A stretch of DNA of 64,000 nt from an uncultured bacterium (GTDB lineage: Bacteria > Hydrothermota > UBA3072 > B12-G15), in contig CAZQRW010000001.1 of the NCBI GenBank assembly GCA_964596115.1, forward strand, positions 9,114-73,113, written 5' to 3'. Positions within the stretch are counted from its first letter, which is position 1, and each line of letters starts with the position of its first letter. The notes under the pieces are model-generated. The model saw only the letters and a program-made list of their open reading frames with translations, was not told where the DNA came from and did no database searches. Made by a program: the position numbers and the translations under genes. This document shows, in pieces, positions 60,927-64,000 of the stretch.

Positions 60927-60954
60927 TTGACAGAGAAGAGTTATATATTAAAAT
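60927..60954 (+). promoter_or_regulatory. Putative pckA promoter: TTGACA (about 60927-60932), 16-nt spacer, TAAAAT (about 60949-60954).
   Basis: Read directly. Confidence 0.4.
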
Positions 60955-60967
60955 TGGAAAAAAGGAG

Positions 60968-62758
60968 ATGAATATGGGAATTCGAACAAGACCCGAAAAG
61001 GCACTGAAGCCTTATAATGTTAAGTATTTAGAAAATCCTTCACAACAGGTATTGCGTGAAATGGCATTGAAGTATACCCCTGCAATACTCGTGAGTGCCT
61101 ATGGCAATCTTGATAAAATCACAATTAAGAAGGCAAGGGAGGCGAGATATACCTACATCGTAGCACCGGAATCCGATGCTGATAAATATTCCAGTAAGGT
61201 AATTTCAGCTGATAGGGCAGAAAAAATCATTGAGATTCAAAAAAAGTATATCGAAGACAGCGGTGAATTAATCCAGGTCGATGGTTATATTGGTCTTGAT
61301 CCTGAATATACTGTAAAAGTACAATGGCTATATACGAGGGAAGCATCAAATCTTGCTGGTATGCAACAGATTCTTTCCTTCAGAAGAGAGATGATGGAAG
61401 ACGAAAAACAATTGAAAGAGACCTTTGTACCATCTATGAGGGTTGTTATGACCCCCGGTCTCTTCCTCGAGGATATGCCTGGAAGGATGGCAGTAATCGT
61501 TGACCTTGAAAACTGGACGACCTACGTAATAGGTTCAGACTACTTTGGGGAGAGTAAAAAGGGAATGCTTAGAATGTTGAATGAATGGGTTTATCAAAGA
61601 GGTGGTCTGGTTCTCCATGCTGGTGCAAAAATAGTTAAAATAGGTGAGAAACGTGTAACCTTGGGTGTGATGGGTCTATCCGGCACAGGAAAGACAACCA
61701 CTACATTTTCAAAACAGGGAGAATTGACTCAGCCGCTTCAGGATGATATGGTCTGCTTCTGGCCTGGAGGCAAATTTACTATTACTGAGAATGGTTGCTT
61801 TGCAAAGACTTTTGGGCTGAAAAAGGAATCTGAACCCATAATTTATAAAGGAACGATTGCGCCATCAGCCTGGGTCGAAAATGGTTATATGGACGAGAAT
61901 GGCTACTTTGATTTTTCAAAACAGATTTTGAACCCAGTAGAGGTTAAAAGATACAGAGATATATTTATTCAAACAGGTTCTGACCCCAGGAATGTAGATG
62001 CATATATAAGTGGAAGGGTAAAAGTTGAAGAGGTTGTGGATGAGTATAATATTCCCAAAGATGGGTGGGATTTTGTTGTCTGGACACAGAACGGAAGATC
62101 AATCATTCCAATGAAAGATATAGAAGGAGCAGCAGATCCACATGATGTGCCTCCAGTAAAGTTTATGGGTATGTTAAATAGAGATGAGGGAAGAGATGCA
62201 GCCACACCGGGTATAATAAAATTTAAAAATCCTGAGCAAGCTGCTGGGTATTTTATGCTTGGTGAGACCTCCAAGACATCAGCTGCAGGGAAAGAAAGGG
62301 GAAAAACGAGATCCCCATTCACTCAACCATTCTTCCCCAGGGCATTTGGTCTTCAGCCAGAGAGATTTTCTGAGCTTGCCGCCCAGGTTCCTGACCTGGT
62401 AAACTGGTTAATGAATACAGGGTATATTGGTGGAGACCAGAATGATGAAAAGGAAGGGAAGGCACTTAAAGTAAAGATAATGCATTCATCTGCAATGCTG
62501 GAGGCAATGCTTTCAGGAAATGTCAAATGGAAAGAAGATCCAGATTTTCATTATTTGATAGTTGATGTTGATGCCCCAGAAAATAAAGGACTTCTCAATA
62601 AAGTCCCCCCTGAAATATTGAACCCTGTCCTTTACTATAAAAAAGTGGGAAGGATAGAGGAATATAGGGATTGGGTTAAGAGGATGAAGATCGAGAGAAA
62701 AGAATTTCTTGAAAAATATAAGGTTGATCCAAAGGTAATAAGAGAAATATCTGGATAG
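60968..62758 (+). CDS. pckA: Phosphoenolpyruvate carboxykinase (ATP). The start may be the second ATG (+6 nt), which has ideal spacing from AAGGAG.
   Basis: Kinase-1a loop GLSGTGKTT. ITENGCFAKTFGLKKESEPIIY resembles the E. coli PckA segment [20 protein letters not shown]. Confidence 0.8.
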   Translation: MNMGIRTRPEKALKPYNVKYLENPSQQVLREMALKYTPAILVSAYGNLDKITIKKAREARYTYIVAPESDADKYSSKVISADRAEKIIEIQKKYIEDSGELIQVDGYIGLDPEYTVKVQWLYTREASNLAGMQQILSFRREMMEDEKQLKETFVPSMRVVMTPGLFLEDMPGRMAVIVDLENWTTYVIGSDYFGESKKGMLRMLNEWVYQRGGLVLHAGAKIVKIGEKRVTLGVMGLSGTGKTTTTFSKQGELTQPLQDDMVCFWPGGKFTITENGCFAKTFGLKKESEPIIYKGTIAPSAWVENGYMDENGYFDFSKQILNPVEVKRYRDIFIQTGSDPRNVDAYISGRVKVEEVVDEYNIPKDGWDFVVWTQNGRSIIPMKDIEGAADPHDVPPVKFMGMLNRDEGRDAATPGIIKFKNPEQAAGYFMLGETSKTSAAGKERGKTRSPFTQPFFPRAFGLQPERFSELAAQVPDLVNWLMNTGYIGGDQNDEKEGKALKVKIMHSSAMLEAMLSGNVKWKEDPDFHYLIVDVDAPENKGLLNKVPPEILNPVLYYKKVGRIEEYRDWVKRMKIERKEFLEKYKVDPKVIREISG

Positions 62759-62766
62759 AGGGATCA

Positions 62767-62798
62767 AAGGGGGCGTTTGCCCCCTTCTAAATTTTTCT
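62767..62798 (+). terminator. Rho-independent terminator after pckA (GGGGGC-GTTT-GCCCCC plus a T-rich run).
   Basis: 6-bp GC stem followed by TTCTAAATTTTTCT. Confidence 0.7.
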
Positions 62799-62800
62799 AC

Positions 62801-62828
62801 TTGACAAACATATATAAATTGTTACATT
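62801..62828 (+). promoter_or_regulatory. Promoter of the cold-shock gene: TTGACA, 16-nt spacer, TACATT. About 30-nt leader with SD AAGGAGG.
   Basis: Read directly. Confidence 0.5.
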
Positions 62829-62860
62829 CATTAAACAATTAAAAAGGAGGTTTCAGAAGT

Positions 62861-63061
62861 ATGGCACGTGGCAAGGTTAAATGGTTTAATGACAAGAAGG
62901 GTTATGGCTTTATCGCCATGGAAGATGGAACAGATGTTTTTGTCCACTATTCTTCAATTCAAGGTGATGGTTACAAAACTTTGAAAGAAGGCGATGATGT
63001 TGAGTTTGACATTATTCAAGGAGAAAAAGGTCCGAAAGCAGATAATGTAGTTAAAATTTAA
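62861..63061 (+). CDS. Cold-shock protein (CspA family).
   Basis: [21 protein letters not shown]1/RNP2 motifs, 66 aa. Confidence 0.9.
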   Translation: MARGKVKWFNDKKGYGFIAMEDGTDVFVHYSSIQGDGYKTLKEGDDVEFDIIQGEKGPKADNVVKI

Positions 63062-63083
63062 TAAAGCCATAGCAGAACCTGAA

Positions 63084-63110
63084 CCCCGGGTTTCCCCCGG
63101 GGTTTTTTAT
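63084..63110 (+). terminator. Rho-independent terminator after csp (CCCCGGG-TTTCC-CCCGGGG plus TTTTTTTAT).
   Basis: 7-bp perfect GC stem plus a U-run. The next -35 (TTGACA at 63111) abuts it directly. Confidence 0.8.
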
Positions 63111-63145
63111 TTGACAGAAAATAGATAATCAATTATATTGGGACT
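63111..63145 (+). promoter_or_regulatory. Promoter: TTGACA (63111-63116), 17-nt spacer, TATATT (63134-63139), ATG at 63146 (leaderless).
   Basis: Read directly. Confidence 0.5.
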
Positions 63146-63877
63146 ATGATAAATATCAGGAAAGGTGTACTTACAGAAATAAGAAAGATAATGGTAGTCC
63201 CCTCATTAAATGAAGGAGAAACGTTGTTCTCAATACCACTTGTAAATGCAATCAGTAAGCACTTTTATATATCAGTAATTCTTCCTGAAAAGCTAATGGA
63301 ACTGAGAAGATTTTTTGAAGTGCCCCTTGTTTTTATTCCTGACAATATATCTATAGTAAAATTTATTAAAATAAAAGGCCAGTATCATTATAATAAACCT
63401 GATCTTCTAATCTTATTTGATTATAAATATCTCTGGGCATTAAAAAGGATATTCTCTCCTCGGTTTACCCTTGGTGTTAATGGGGAGGAAAAAATAAATA
63501 TAGTGTTTAAGATAGGGCTTCAACCATTGAACCAGAAGTTTGAGAGGATCGTTGAACTATTGGGAATAAATGCGAAAGAAATAAGATTTCCTATCAATAG
63601 AAAGAGGAAGACTGTATTTGGGATTTCACTTAATGATAACGCAATAAGTGTTGATGGTGTAAAGGAGATTCATACACCCAATGACCTTGGAAAAATATCC
63701 CATCTTATTGCTACAAAGGGAAGAATGGCTGAGATAGCATACGTAGAAGGTAAAAAATTGATTCTCCTGTTAAGAAGGGAGGACAAATTTATCCCCCCCG
63801 AGGATGTGAGGATTGTAAGATATACTGGCAATCTTGAAACAAAGACAATAGAAAGACTTATTTCTGAATTTGAATAA
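63146..63877 (+). CDS. Hypothetical protein. Weak resemblance to the N-terminal Rossmann half of GT9-type glycosyltransferases.
   Basis: KIMVVPSLNEGETLFSIPLVNAISKHF...ISVILPEKLMELRR pattern. Otherwise no motifs. Confidence 0.35.
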   Translation: MINIRKGVLTEIRKIMVVPSLNEGETLFSIPLVNAISKHFYISVILPEKLMELRRFFEVPLVFIPDNISIVKFIKIKGQYHYNKPDLLILFDYKYLWALKRIFSPRFTLGVNGEEKINIVFKIGLQPLNQKFERIVELLGINAKEIRFPINRKRKTVFGISLNDNAISVDGVKEIHTPNDLGKISHLIATKGRMAEIAYVEGKKLILLLRREDKFIPPEDVRIVRYTGNLETKTIERLISEFE

Positions 63878-64000
63878 TGAGGATATTACACATTTCTTCT
63901 GAGAACACTGCGGGGGTGCCTTTAACCCTTGTAAGGGTTGAAAAAGAGAAAGGTTTTTATTCGAGACTTATGACATATTTTAAAAGCCCTCACAGTCATG

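Noticed and set aside
60968-60973. The first ATG as the pckA start.
   Set aside because: AAGGAG immediately abuts the first ATG (no spacer) but is 6 nt from the second ATG. The second ATG is the more plausible initiation codon. The difference is 2 aa.
1-64000. CRISPR arrays, transposases, integrases, phage genes and rRNA/tRNA genes.
   Set aside because: No repeat-spacer periodicity, no DDE or tyrosine-recombinase motifs, and no rRNA- or tRNA-like sequence were seen. The window appears to be core chromosome.

Overview
This is a low-GC, very gene-dense bacterial window: about 57 genes at roughly 93% coding, with many 1-14 nt start/stop overlaps. The organism looks like a diderm because LolCDE, a TamB-like protein, TonB-ExbBD and a T9SS-type C-terminal sorting domain are all present. 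It is probably an uncultivated, FCB-like or thermophilic lineage, but the phylum is not determinable from sequence alone. No rRNA, tRNA, CRISPR array or mobile element was found. The most unusual content is a 12-gene minus-strand operon (3428-19045). It combines a methylation-independent chemosensory core (soluble MCP, CheW, CheY, CheA, CheC) with a large TPR protein, a PATAN/DUF4388-TPR protein, three Roadblock/LC7 (MglB-like) proteins, a TamB-like envelope-spanning protein and a CapA-type metallophosphatase. Its receptor is a transmembrane-less MCP with two tandem signalling-tip-like segments and a C-terminal family-5 solute-binding domain. The window also contains: a YtrA-type GntR/ABC/DUF4097 module with a clear operator; a minus-strand super-operon with almost no intergenic space (PAS hybrid kinase, lysS, lolCDE, mcsA-mcsB-clpC with no ctsR, a GH57 branching enzyme, a GH13-CBM48 enzyme and a B12-radical SAM protein); tryptophanase with an OM barrel and an aldehyde dehydrogenase; tandem transglutaminase-like lipoproteins; mgtE; a T9SS-CTD secreted protein coupled to two sugar ABC permeases; mscS; pdaD-speB polyamine genes; rpsT; comF, a SEDS protein, ogt, recJ and scpA; tonB-exbBD; LemA with a DUF2207 protein; pckA; and a cold-shock gene. 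Several promoters have canonical TTGACA/-10 elements placed so the transcript would start at or within 1-3 nt of the start codon, suggesting widespread leaderless mRNAs. Two signalling-operon promoters share an AGAC/GTCT palindrome directly abutting the -35. ORF coordinates follow the supplied track. Motif coordinates were read from the printed sequence and may be off by 1-2 nt.
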